The notes: generated by a model from the letters alone, not told the origin. Counted from the stretch's first letter, positions 12,671 to 25,811 are shown. The stretch is DNA of 64,000 bases from Macrostomum lignano (GCA_002269645.1 NIVC01001636.1:1-64000); one strand, 5' to 3'. A program made the numbers and translations.

Positions 12671-13919
12671 TACTGCTCCGGGGCCGGGAGCCAATCCATA
12701 CCGTGTAATTTCCAGCTCTTCTATAGTATTCTCTCTTCTTAGCTTAGCTTATCCGCAGGGTGTCCGGGAGCGGAACTGCGAGTAGACGATGGCCGTCCAT
12801 ATCGCAAAACTCTGACAACCAGACGGCCTCCCGTTGGAGGGGTGTTGGAGGGGTTCCTGCAGATTCACCAGCATTGAGCCGGTGAGTCACGTGCCCTGGG
12901 AAAACTCAGCTCTTCCAGTCGCACGAATAAAACGGGAGAGCTGGGGGGGGGGGTATTCTCAGGCCTACACGCCTCCTCAAGGGTAAGGGTCGGCCCGAGA
13001 AGAGGCAGGTCTCTGCGTCCACGTGGCCCTGAGGTAGCGGTGCCGGGTGAAGCAGCCGTCACTAGAAAGCCATAATTGCGATAATTGCGGGAAAATTGCC
13101 CGATCAAAACACGATAATCGTGCAATTATCGTGTGTCCGATTGTAAAATCGGCATAATTGCAATCTAATTGCGTTAACTGTGAGAATTGCAATTAGCATT
13201 GACAATGAAATTGCAATTATTGCAATCCAAAATTGAAAGCAAAGAAATTGTAATTGTGGCAGTTATCCGCAATCGGATTTCAATTTTCGCAATTTGCGGA
13301 ATCGAATTGCAATTATGATATGTTTGTTTCGCGAAATTTGGGTGTCTAGTGGTGACCCAGAAGGGCCATGCAGACCGCTCTGATGTATTTCCTCATTCGG
13401 CCAATAACGAGACCAATAGTACCCATTTTATAGGAGAACAACATCCTTGAAGAAATGAATAAAGTCTTAATTGTATATTACCTCTCAAGGTAAAGTCAAT
13501 CGATACGCGATCGGATCAATATGCAAGTATGATAACGAGCTATTGGCTATTTAGAACACCTATTTACTTCACTATCTATTCAAAACAAACAAATACTGCG
13601 ATAAAAATAAAATGATAAAGTTAAAAAGTATGAGTGTAAAAAGTACACAATGCGTGTGAGCAAGAAAGCTTATAATAACGGAGCAACCGGTATCAAAGAT
13701 ACCCTAAAATGTACCGTGTCAATGAAGATGCCGTACGAAATGAAAATATCAGTGTTGCTTTTACCTTATAGAGTGCAAATACATAAGCGCGTAAACGTAC
13801 TACAACAAATGTTGTTGTATTATCAAGGTAAAGGGATTGGAACCAGAAAAGAGCATTCCTATGCCAAAAGACGCAAAAATTGTGAATAAAAATATTTCCA
13901 CACTTTTTCATAATACTTA

Positions 13920-14365
13920 CATTATCTCGCCTCTCCATCTCTCTCCTTGCCATATCTATCCTTCCCATCTCTCTTCTTCCCATCTCTCTTCTTTCCATCT
14001 CTCTTCTTCCCATCTCTCTTTTTTCCATCTCTCTCCTTCCCATATCTCTTCCCATTTCCCTCTCTTCCATATTCGCCTCACTCCTCTCCTTCTCTCCCTC
14101 TCCCCCTCTCTCACCTCTCCATCTCTACCCTCTCCTTTTTTCCCTCTCGCTTTCTTCCATTTCCAAGTCTCCCCCTCTCCCCGCTTTCCCTCCTTCTCTC
14201 CTCCCCTCTCCCTCTCTCTCCGCTTTTTCTCTGCCTCTCTCCAAAAAGAGAGAGAAGATAAAGCATTCATGAATGTCCTGATGTGATTCTCACTTCTACA
14301 TGCTTTGACAAAGATAAATCCCCCGTCCTAATTCTCTCCCTCTCTCCTCTTTAGATCTCCACGCC
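13920..14365. repeat. Pyrimidine-rich low-complexity tract with (ccatctctct...)n subunits
   Basis: Almost pure C/T. It generates spurious FPSLF/ERRE ORFs. Confidence 0.85.
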
Positions 14366-14391
14366 TCTTCTAACATCTCTTTCCTCGTTTC

Positions 14392-14518
14392 ATGGGTTAA
14401 TTCCAAGGACTACTTAATAGTAGTACAATACCCTAATATAGTATACCCCAATATACAGTAGTATAATAGGGTATTGTTAATAGTATTTACTACTTAGTAC
14501 TCCTTGGTTAATACCCAT
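14392..14518. mobile_element. Short foldback/MITE-like imperfect palindrome
   Basis: Left arm atgggttaattccaaggactac...caataccctaatatag pairs imperfectly with the right arm ...tagggtattg...gtactccttggttaatacccat. Confidence 0.55.
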
Positions 14519-15015
14519 AATTTATTTAGCCAAAATATAACTTTTCCACAGGCTCATGATCAATTGACACATCAAGCAGACTATAAGGAAAGATCCGATA
14601 ACAGTGGAAAATTCAACTAACCACCTCGAAAAATACATAGATAACCAGTGATCTGAATAAATAGCTAATAAAAAAGACAACCAAAACATAAAATTATGAA
14701 GACATTGCGACAAAAATAAACTACAGAAAGGTATAATCATAAAAAAGCATGGTCCCTAATATCAAAGACAAGTACACCTGTGTGAAGAACTCAAGTTCAG
14801 GTCTTAAGGGATTAAAATGATATTGGATGTACATCAGTTCTATCACGTACACAGAAAATGGTTGGTGGCCATATGCACAGCCAATAGTTCCAGCACTGCA
14901 ACTGTATGCTAAGTTTTTTTATAACACAGCCACTGTGCCTTGGGGGCCGGCCCTCATGGGTGTACTTTAGCACAAACGGCTCAAGTAGCTCCGATCGGTA
15001 ACGCCCAAAATGAAT

Positions 15016-15090
15016 GCGGCGCGACCGGGATTCGAACTCGAGACCGCTGGTACACGAAGCAGCTACGCTAACCGCTCGACCAACTTCACC
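15016..15090 (-). mobile_element. tRNA-derived SINE head / tRNA pseudogene
   Basis: Minus strand has a Pol III A box (TGGTCGAGCGG) and B box (GTTCGAATCC) at tRNA spacing. No clean acceptor stem. Confidence 0.6.
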
Positions 15091-16717
15091 CCCTCTGTTT
15101 GTGCTAATGCCATTCTTTATGAACTTAGTAGCTTTATAAATTGATTGTTTACTACACTAGTTCATAACTTTTTCTTTGAAAGGATCAGAGTTATAATTAC
15201 CTGCTATGAGTAGAGAGTTCATGACCCTTTTCCAGAAGGTTCCGGGTTCGAAGTCAGACTGGGAGCGAATAATGTGTACCCAATGCAAGCAATCAAATTC
15301 CCTCTGGCTTCTGCAGTCCACTTTGTTGAGAAATGATACAGGAATGCCGGACTTATACTTTTACAGATCAGCAAATGGGCTTTGTGGGCAGGGTCAGAGT
15401 CAGTGAAGGGGGGAGGGGCAGGGACGTCAACATTCTTCAAGGACGGAGTTTAAACCACTCGGGCTAACTCTTTATAAATGATCTCCATGGCTAAACATAC
15501 TACTATATCTTCATATTCATTAGTGGAAAGCTCTACTTGACTATACATGCACAGAAAAAGCAAACTAAGAGTACAAAAAGGACACTAAAAATCTGGTCCA
15601 TGGTCCATACACTGGTCCATGTATCAATCGTGCCAATTTGTCATGGGTAGAGGGGTAAAAGTACGAGTACAGTCAGGGTAAAAATATAGTATAGAAAAAA
15701 AGTAACAAAGCAACGCAGGGGCAGTGGTTGGTGGTCACCCCCCATCCCAGCGATCATAGGAACCACCCCAGGAATGACACTCTGAGGCAGTATTAATGTG
15801 ATTTTTGAACAGGGTGTAGGAATGTAGAGAGAAACGGGTGTGGCAGGCAGCGGAATGTACATGAACATGTAAGTAACATGTTGTATGGAGTGGTGAAATT
15901 ATTACAGGATTTTATTAGTAATTCACAAAAAGTATGTAGAAAAAGGGTTAAAATTTTAACAATGTCGAAAAAATCAATAGAAGCATACTTAAATAGGATT
16001 TCACCTCTTTGGGGGGTGATGGGGTGGTCACCCGAGGGCAGTAGCCCCCTCTGCCCCCTGCGCCGCCACTGATAAACACGTAAAAGCTGTAACCGGGCAT
16101 TTGTCAGGTCACTGTAAAAGACGAGCTCGCAAATCCTGCAGCGTCTCCAAGCACCGCTGCTCCTGAAGTTCGGGCTGAAAGAGACAAGGAAGCTTTGCTG
16201 TTAGTGAGAGAATTTGCGTGACAAATAACTATGCATATAGGTAGCTGGGTAGTAGCTTTTTTACTGTGCCCCTTTCAGAGTGCCCAATGACGGGGTAAAC
16301 CTCCGTACGTTTTGTGCCCCTGAAGGCGGATGAAGAATTTTATCCTGGTCTATGGCACACGGGCACACGGCAAATAATAAGGGGCACAAAAAGGGACCAA
16401 TTAGGGGCCCAAAGTGGGAAAGGAGTCAAATGTAAAACTGGTCAAACGTGCAATACTCGTATATCGACCTAAGAAAATTTTGCACACACCTTGAAAAATA
16501 GGGGCCCACAGCTTGGTCCCTTAATCGTCCCATACACTGTACCCCTTCCTAACTTTTTTTTCCAAAAAGGGATCTGTGAAAAATGAAAAAATATGCTCAG
16601 TTTTAATTTTTTGCTATCAAGATTGGGTACACGATCGCTTTTGGCCTTTCTTTATTCAAAGGGGCCCAAATCGGGGGCCCCTGAATACACTTTCGACCCC
16701 TTCATTTGGTCACATAG

Positions 16718-17118
<401 letters not shown>

Positions 17119-17130
17119 TTGCAGAGCAAG

Positions 17131-19770
17131 TTAGCTCACCAATTCCTCCATCAGCTCAAGCAGTTTGTCCCTTGAATCGTGATGGTCAAGAATGACACTG
17201 TTGTGCTTGCGAATGACGCTGAGCAAAAGCGGGATTTCCCGGCAGTGCTGCATCACCATGATCAGTTCTTGAACATCGGCGTCCTCGCTGAGCAAGACCT
17301 CTTTGAACCAGTGCTTTGCATCGTCCGCTACATCGCCGACTAAATCCAGCATCAGACACATCTTCAGGGCGTCAAAGTTGAAGAAGAAATACTGGTGACA
17401 ATCGTTGAAGATGACTGGAAACAGGTGTGCAATAAACTGGCTAAGAAAATGAAGAGTTGGTCGTTCATTGATGAAGAAGCAGAACTTCCAAGCGGAGTCA
17501 GAAGTGGTGAGATGGTGCCACACAAACTCTGTCACGGTTTGCTGGCCCGTTACATCCGCTGAATTGATTCGCCGGCTGACAGAATGACCTCTCATGTTGC
17601 GCAACACTTGAATGGCGTGATCTTTTTTGTTGTACTTGACAAAGGCGATGGCGCGCAGAGTTTCCCGGACAGTTTGGGCGCAATCGGGCAGTCTGTCTAT
17701 GATGCCTGCGGAGATAGACAGAGACAAATACAGAGGAGAGATCATAGACAGAGGAGGGAGAGGGGGAGAGGGAAGATAAGGGCACGCTGCTTATGCAAGG
17801 TTTTGGATGGATAGAATGGCTGAATAAGGCAGTTGTGAGGGGGAAGTGACATACGCATCGGTTTGAACCGTTCCTAGCGGGTTTCATTTGCCTAGCACCT
17901 GAGCAAACAAGAAGCAAATAGGCTAAAGAATTGAATCCCTCATACTCTACACAATGCATTATGCTATGAGACACATAGTGAGCCAGCAGACAATATTTAA
18001 TCACTTCACCTGTCACCTTCTGCTCGGGGGTGTCCTGGCGCGCCAGCAGGACCAGGATATCGCGAACACAGTCGTAGATCTCGTGGTACTGCAGCGGAGC
18101 TTCCGAGCTGTACTTAGCGATCACCCTGATCCATGGAATGTTCATGAATGGTTGAAAGTAGAATGTCGGAGGCTGCTTGTCCACAGGCTTCAGGGTGAAG
18201 TCCTTGAAGCGGGCAAGGTGACGCGGCAGGTTATCGATGGTGCCATTAATAGCTTCTTCAATCTCCTGCTTCGAACTGTGTCCGCTTTTAAAGTACACGA
18301 TGGCATCGCGCATGAAGAAGTGGGGCATGCACTTGCTGTTCCTTTTACCACTGCTTTTGATGTGGCGTAGCAACAGCTGTAGTGCTTTTCGCGTGAGAGC
18401 CACCAAGCTTCCAGGCTGCCAGTCCTCCGGTGCCGTCTCTTCTAGCATGTAGAACAGAAGGCTCTTGGCGTGGTAGGTCTTCAGACCGTTCACAGTCTCA
18501 GACAGAACCTTCTTGATGAGGTATTTGAGCAGGATGAAGAGCTGACCCTGCACATCGTTGAGGCTGCGAAGGGTGAGCCTTTCCAAGAAAGTGGTGCTCA
18601 CACGAAGCAGCTGACCGCCCTGGCCCGGGGGCGCCGCGGTCACTAGGTGGCAGTTCGATTCACGGACGCATTGAGTCAGCGATTTGAGCAGTGAGTCACT
18701 GAGGTGAGAATCGGGATTTGGGTTTTCGACCACCTCGACGTGCGGATAACTGCAGCAACGGTAAGCTGTGACGTAATCAAAAGCCGGTCTCAGGCAGGAG
18801 CCGTATTCCGGCAGGGCTGGGTTGTTGGCTGGAAGCAGTGAAGGCACGTGGGTGAAATTTCACACTTTTTTATCTTTTTGCGTTTTCCAGTGCTACCCTG
18901 CTACCATTTCTCTTTCGACAAAGACAAAAGACAATTAAAGCCATAATCCTGGGGTGGCGTGGTCGAGAGATTAGCGGTTACCCCTGCCTGTATGAGTGTG
19001 TGCCGGTGTACTGCATTCATATGCAGTAGCCCTTGTGTATTTGCTTCGATACATGTCGGCTACTGTATCTGTATGCGTCACAGGCAATTCTGCCTTCTAC
19101 CAGCTGTTGGACGATTGCACCAAAGGTGTAGCCAAATGGTGTCACCATCCCCCTGCAAAGCAACAAGCCAAATTGCCTTGTTGTTTTGCCGTAACTTACT
19201 GTAGTTAAAAAGACATTTTAGGGTGCTTACGGAATCGTTACTTTACTTCTTTCAGTTATACTGGCATATGTCTTGTATGGATATAAAAAGTATACCATTG
19301 GAATAATTTTTTCATTTCATGGTAGCTAGATTGCTTAAGTAGCCTTGACTTCAGTTACAAATATCAAGCCTATGTTTTTCCGAAACAGCAATACAGCGCA
19401 GCCCGTGAATGACTCACTTAGTCCAGTCACCGTCACGTGACCATTATCGTAGGTAACCAGATCCTCCTCCTTGACACTTTCGCACTGGCATCTGCCGCGA
19501 AGATGGTACATTCTGCCAGGAAAGAACTCCGCCACATCAACGTCAGACTCAACATCCGTCTTGCCGATCAGTCTGCTCAAACTGTTCCCCCAGCCCTCTG
19601 AGAAGCTGCCAACGACAAAAATGTCTTCCCAGTTTCGCCTCTTCTGCTCAATTTGTTGCATGACGTCACCGCATGCAGACTGGAAGGCTGACATTTGGCA
19701 AGTGAATCCAGCCTTTTTGAATTGCGAGTGCAGACTGTTGCTCAACTGGGAGTCTGTGACGTCATCGTTT
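17131..19770 (-). CDS. Mab-21-fold nucleotidyltransferase / cGAS-like receptor (cGLR) core (exons 19770-19418, 18828-18010, 17705-17131)
   Basis: NTase motif VVGSFSEG...ESDVD, third acidic strand RPAFDYVTAY, and Mab-21 C-lobe (LRVSTTFLERL, FILLKYLIK, KTYHAKSLLFY, CMPHFF). Two phase-1 GT-AG junctions (A|GTGAGT..CTTCCAG|CC and G|GTGAAG..CCGCAG|GC) keep the frame open. Confidence 0.88.
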
Positions 19771-20189
19771 CTGTAAGTTAAGTATTGTGTACCACTGATA
19801 TAGGCATACTGATCGATGGAGCCAGTAAGTACCATAGGAAAAAATGCGAGCGTAGCGTTTTAAAATCAAGAGTTTTAATGGTAGGTTTATATGAGGCACG
19901 AATTCAAGTTAATGGCCAAGGGCATGATCGAAAGAAAATATCGATGCGTACACTTCATGTCAATGGTAGGCCGGTGTCAATTGGCCAGTACCGCAGATAA
20001 CATCGGTGAAGCAGTTGTCTATGGTCGAAATTGGAGACTAGTGATATGCAAAAGCTTGCATGCTACTTTGAGGGAGGTACGGCAGTGGCAGAGCAGGACA
20101 AATTTCTGTTTTATGTCCTTTATTGCTTGAGCGAGAGGCCAAGAGAAATTGCAGCATCTGACACGACGAGATGCATTGGAGCTGCACAC

Positions 20190-20788
20190 CGACTCTGATG
20201 GTAAGGAGTTCTACTGAATAAGTCCGCGGATCCAGTGAGAAGTAAAGTGACGGTATCTAGACCTTCTACCAGTTGAAAGCAAGGATAACCACCTATTTCC
20301 ACGGCCACTGGCAAACTCTGCGAACGGAAGTCCTACGTATTCAACGAAGCAGAAACGGGGAGTCAACTATCTTGTTTGATTCATGCATAACTTGAGCGAG
20401 AAGGCTGGGCTATCAAAGATGTATACCAACCATTGCATCACGTGGTACAACTGATGCACGTATAACAGATCTTAGATCTTTAATTTATCTGAGCGAAAAC
20501 ATTGTAAACTACATGCATTAGTAATGTAATCATCATTGATCATATTTTCTTAGGGTCACCAGGATTACGGATCTAGAGGCAGCGGGACATAGCATGGCCG
20601 ACATTATGTCCATCACCGGCCAGACATCTGAACGAACGGCACGCAGGTACCTTACAAAACGTCGAGACCAATCTCTGCAAGCGAGCAGCTCTGCTGTGAC
20701 GTCGGCATTGGCACTGCAAACTAAAGAAGGAGAAGTTAAAGGTGACGAGGCCGGACACGTAGGACCAAGCGATTCTGGGGCCAGTGAG
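20190..20788 (-). CDS. Two candidate linker exons between the ankyrin and cGLR exons (20788-20569 and 20317-~20190)
   Basis: Open frames with compatible phases: CATCCAG|C (phase 2), TCC|GTAATC (phase 0), TTCGCAG|AGT (phase 0). The final phase-2 donor is weak (CG|GTGTGC). Confidence 0.45.
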
Positions 20789-21694
20789 CTGGATGTCAAC
20801 GTGTTGTCAAACATGTAAATCACCGGCGTTAATCAGGAAAATCTGGCGACGGCGAAGTTTAGCTTTAACATCTGCACCTTCTCCGAATGCAATTTTTTTA
20901 TAGATAAGACAGGTAATGATATGAAGCTTAATATGACTTGATAGGACTTTACCCTAATTAATTTAAAATAAATTGTTGCTTCGTTTGTCTGGTTTGCCCT
21001 TTAAATAAAATATCCGTTTGTCTTACAGTTAATGACCGGTCATTAATCAGAGGACATTAACGTGAAGTGACATTTCGATCAATGTCTATGGCTGAGACGG
21101 CCGGAATCTGGTCTGCTTAATTTTAAAGACGGCTGGGGGAGACTCCTTATTGCAATCTTTTGGTAAAAAGTTGAATAATCTACGAAACAGGGACTAATAA
21201 ACCTCTTTAAAAGTCCCTGCTTTGAAATATGGGAAATTAAGGGAAAAAAGTAAAATAAGTACGGGACCACCGCCTTTGTGGGTCCCGGTTTCCCGGTTGA
21301 TATTGAGCATCACGAATTACTGATGGCTCCTTCACCAGACTTTCAAAAGTCGGATTTCAATTTTCGGAAAATTGACTCATGCATGTATAAACTTCTTCTT
21401 TCACATCTGCATTCTCCAAGTTTGTCTTGGCACCAAACAAATTAAATGCCTGCGAGCGAGCATCTATGGGTTTAAATCATAAACTTTTGGCTGACTTTAT
21501 TCCAACTGCAGGGTCAAGCTGAGAAATACGAGCGTAAAATTTAAACTTGAATTTGTCCCCTATCTGCTTGCAAAACAGAATTGAAAGGATAATTTAGCGT
21601 TATTTCCGATACTTCTTTTTATTCTATCTGACCCGGCCTACACAATTCACTATAAATTAAGCAGCCGCAGCTATAAAGTGCCTGCAGTTTGGGA

Positions 21695-21915
21695 GTGTGA
21701 AATTTCGGGTGTGAAAATTTGGAGAAGGGAAACTTCGGAGATCTGAAATTTTGGGAAAGTGAAATTTCGTGGATGTAAAATTTTGAGGATTTGAGATTTC
21801 AAAGATGTGAAACTTCGGGGATATGAAAACTCTATCAAAGACGTGAAATATTGGGTATGGGAAATTTTGAAATATGTGAACTTCCAGAATGAGATCTTAC
21901 AGGGGATGTGAAATC
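21695..21915. repeat. Degenerate ~16-bp-period repeat (GTGAAAYTTYGG-like, ~14 units)
   Basis: Recurrent gtgaaatttcggg / gtgaaaatttgg / gggaaacttcgg / gtgaaacttcgg at ~16-nt spacing. Confidence 0.7.
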
Positions 21916-21961
21916 AGACACATATTTACAACGATTGTCAGTACAATTAACCAATACTCAC

Positions 21962-22959
21962 TGCGCCTTTGCCCCCAGCTCGTCTTTTATGGCTTCACCC
22001 ATTGGCAACGCTTGTTTAGGCACTTGCTCAACACATTCTTTAGCAAGCGATGTACACGATACAGGCAGACGCTCTGCAGCCTCTGGACTGTGCTGCAGGA
22101 TGGCTTTGGCAATTTCACCCGATCCGATGAAGCAAGCAACCTGCAGAGGCGAGAATGGAGGCCGAATGGACGCAAGCTGAGGTCGAGCACCGTTACTCAG
22201 CAAAATGCGAACTGCAGGCTGGCACACGACTGAAGAAGCAAAGAACAACGGCGTGCAGCCCATCTTGTCCTGTCGATTAGCATCAGCGCCTGCGTCGATG
22301 AGCATTCGAATGACGCTCACGTTCTTGGCGAGGCACGCCTCGTGCAACGGCGTCTTTCCCGAATCGTCCTGTGCGTCGACGTCAACCTTGGCGTCAATGA
22401 GAGATTGAACTACGGCTGTGCGACCGCACCAGCTCGCGACGTGCAGCGCAGTTGAGCCATCGTTGTTCCGCCGCTTGGCATCAGCGCCTGCGCCAATCAG
22501 ATGCTCCACTACGGCCACGTGACCCTCTTGACTGGCGGCGTACAGCGGTGAGCAGCCAGTGCCGGATGGCAGGTCCACAAGGGCCCCAGCATTAAGTAGG
22601 GCCTCTGCCACAAAAATATAGCCATTGGCTGCAGCAGCATAGAGCGGCGATCTGCCATTCTTGCGCGGTCGATTCACGTCGGCTCTGTTTTCGATGAGAA
22701 GGTTCACTGCCGGTAGCAAGCCGTTCTGACTAGCGCAATAGATGGGCGTCCGACCTATATCCTCTTCAGAATTAATGTCGGCGCCAGCCTCAATGAGTGT
22801 GGTCATCACAGCGATGTGGCCGTTGGCCGTAGCCCTGTGCAAGGCCGTCCAACCGAGTGCATCACGTTCGTGAATGTCAGCACCCTTAGCGATCAGCTGC
22901 TGGACCTGTTCGTCATTGCCGTTGCGTGTTGCCAATCGCAATTCGTCAATTATTGACAT
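21962..22959 (-). CDS. Ankyrin-repeat exon (8-9 repeats), probable 5' exon of the cGLR gene
   Basis: Repeats such as GWTALHRA, GRTPIYCA, GRSPLYAA, GCSPLYAA, GSTALHVA, GKTPLHEA, GCTPLFFA. The apparent stop TGA lies inside a perfect donor, CA|GTGAGT (phase 2). Confidence 0.9.
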
Positions 22960-24306
22960 TATGGTCTTTTGTTCCTCCAATTAAGTCAACTAATCAAGTT
23001 TTTTCTGAAATAATAGTGATATTGTAAGTCATGCTTGGGTATCTAATTCTTCTGTATTTGTATCTAAAAATATCATAAAATATCATAAAAGTGTCATAGA
23101 TTGCTCCAAATATTTCAATACAAATATGTCAGATTGAATAACTATGGTACTTTCATTTTTTACATTAAAAATGAAGAATCGAGCATTATTGGTGACAGAC
23201 AGTGAATATTCAAATGATAAATCAGATTGTATTATAACTGTATTCAGCAAAAGTATTTTTTAATTTAGCTAAACAAATTTGACAGAGCATCCCCAGATTT
23301 ACCACTATTGTAAAGTATCTACAGTAATTCTGCAGCATCTTTATTTCAGAATATTGCAGCTGCCTCACATGGACAACAATTAGGCAATTAAACTCTTGTC
23401 CTAAATCACTAATTTCCACCTAGCTGGTGTGTTCTAAGCAATCATTAAGACAAAATTCAAAAGTCAATCGTTTAAAAGTTAATCCCTGAGCTCCAGTGAG
23501 CATGCGTCCTGTGTTCTGTAATAGTATTTGTTCAACTCACAAATTTAGTACTGCCACGACATTTTATATTCTATCAGAACAAAGTCATAAATATAAAATA
23601 TATTATGTAATAGCAATATTTACTTTAGATGAAATCGAATTATTTTTAGACAAAAAGAATACTTTAAATATTTAGCATCAACGAAAATTAGGAATAATTT
23701 AAAGTCTGAAACTTGCAACGTCCTTTAATATTTTGTCAACGGCACAGCATGAAATTATAGAATAATCTATCACCATGACAAAAGAGATATAATATATTAC
23801 AAAATATGGTTAAAAAACTATAAATCACATAGAAAATAAATCAGTTGTAAAAGAGCGGGTAAGTATGGACACATGTAAAATGTTATATGACATGATACAT
23901 TTACTTTGCGTATTGTTATTAGTATATTAATTGATGTATACTGAATTTTTTATATTCCCCGTACACTTCTACAATTTACAAATTATATGTCAAAATGATA
24001 AATTAATATTATAAGCTAATGCAATAGCTTTCTATGTACAACCCATACAGTAGTTGCTATCACGCTAGTTGTGGGACGATGAGCCAGTAAGTAGTATAGA
24101 AAAAAATGCGAGCGAAGCGAGAATTTTTTTCTATGCTGCTTACTTTTGCGAAATCGTCCCTGATAAGATGTGCAACAGATGTGACACACTAAAAATGACG
24201 TTTTTCAACTTTGAAACGCTGCCAATAGAAAACGATACGACCGATTTACAAACAGTTTTTGCCAAAATGTGTCAAAGACCTAGCGCTATCGGATGCACAA
24301 TAGTTG

Positions 24307-24342
24307 GTTGCCATGGCAATGCGTTTTGGTTGCCATGGCAAC
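24307..24342. promoter_or_regulatory. Two tandem RFX X-box-like palindromes
   Basis: GTTGCCATGGCAAT (24307-24320) and perfect GTTGCCATGGCAAC (24329-24342) match the RFX X-box consensus. They lie in TE-like sequence ~1.35 kb upstream of the ankyrin ATG. Confidence 0.4.
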
Positions 24343-24789
24343 CAAAAACTGCGTTTTTTCGACATTGTCAAAAAATTTGATCTCAATTACAGCGGCAGGA
24401 AATTATGGCAGCGCTTAGTGAGTGTGCTCAATAGACGCAGGCATTTGAACGCTACAATGATCCGAAATGGATTTTTTGATTGTACTTTTACTTCACAGGT
24501 AAAAGTACAAAAAACGTGTTTTTTGAGGTCGAAAATTTGGCATTTTTTTCAACTTTGCCTCACCGCAGCGAAAAGGACGCGCGATAGCGCGGCCTTTGAG
24601 CTGCCTCATAGCGTCAATAACACCTGGGGCTGTTTGATGCGCTATAGTTTTTAGGGCTAAAATGTACTTTTCACATGGCTGCCTATCTGCTGTTTAAAAG
24701 TACAAATTTTTAGTGCACTTTTGTGAGGCCTATGGCGTCGAGATGGAAAACTTTATTTTTGCTGTTTTGCATACCAAATAACTCAAATA

Positions 24790-25590
24790 GATGTCTTTTA
24801 ATCGGAAACATCGAGATTTGGCCGATTGGGCCATCAATAACCTGCCCAGGTGCCAAAGAGTGCCTAAAAACGACATTTTCGAAAAATTGGGTCACGTTTT
24901 TTAAAAGTAGTCCCAAAAAATAAGAAAGTGTTTTATGCTACGGTGTTGAGACTTTAACACAACGTGTCAAACATATGGAAATTTGTTTTCCTGAATTTTC
25001 TAAGCATTTGGACCTACCTGTGCGGAGCAGTGACCCGGAAACCGGGGAAAAAAGAGGCCGGGGGCTCTGCAGAAAATCAGACGTTGTTAAGAAAAATTTT
25101 TTAAAATGGGGCGAATTTTTTCGAGTGTAGTGTCAAATTGTAGCCCATCGGATGCCCTTTTGAATGACATAAGACACTCCTGAAAAAAACCCTGTTAACA
25201 GGTACTTTTTACCTGTTAAGTGAAAAACGGCCCATTTGGGGTACAAACTTTGGAGTGGAAAAATAAGAAATTTTGCGCACCGATTTTTCTGCATTTTCAA
25301 TATTGTTTAGTCGAATAGCTAAAGTTTCACCGGTCATACGCCAATATGGCTGGAAAATTCGTATTTTTGAGAAAATTGGCTCCGAATTTTGAGTAGGCCA
25401 TTTTCGGGCAAATTTTGAGCATACTTTTGCTAATAACTCTGCATTGGCGAGACCTAGAGACTCAAGTTTGGTGTCTAAAAACAGCACTATGGATGCATTA
25501 TGCAGCTAAATCAGTTTTGAAAACTGATTCTTAGGTTAACAGGTCTTAATACCTGTTTGATTACCTGTCAGAACAGGTGAAAATTAATAT
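24790..25590 (+). mobile_element. Non-coding interspersed repeat, probably a non-autonomous DNA transposon segment (copy 1)
   Basis: Colinear high similarity with 35255-36050, e.g. 'ggccgattgggcca', 'gtcaaacatatg.aaatttgttttcctgaattttctaagcattt', 'gagactcaagtttggtgtctaaaaacagcact'. Confidence 0.8.
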
Positions 25591-25811
25591 TTTGGCGCCT
25601 AGCAGCCGAAAAATTTGTTGACATAATTTGAAAATGCATTGGATGAATGCGCCTTGATGTTATCTCTGTAACGACATGCGACTCGTATTTTTAGGTAGAA
25701 GCGTTGCGATGCAACGAGCAGAAATGTATGAAAAAGCAGCAAAAATGGTAGAAATGGCTGTTATTAGCGATATTCGATATAAAATACGTGTACTATAGGC
25801 CAACTTAGTAA

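Noticed and set aside
12780-13060. GC-rich segment that might be a LINE 5' UTR or HDV-like ribozyme
   Set aside because: No pseudoknot or adjacent ORF could be established without a covariance-model search.
13693-14286. ORFs rich in ERRE, FPSLF or SSHL
   Set aside because: Artefacts of a CT-rich low-complexity tract. The same applies to 43091-43375, 57015-57373 and 59288-59701.
17131-19835. Bacterial CBASS CD-NTase operon
   Set aside because: The NTase is split by spliceosomal introns and has the animal Mab-21 C-lobe. No Cap effector genes are adjacent.
21958-22980. Stand-alone single-exon ankyrin gene
   Set aside because: Not excluded, but the stop codon coincides with a consensus GTGAGT donor whose phase matches downstream acceptors, so an exon of a larger gene is favoured.
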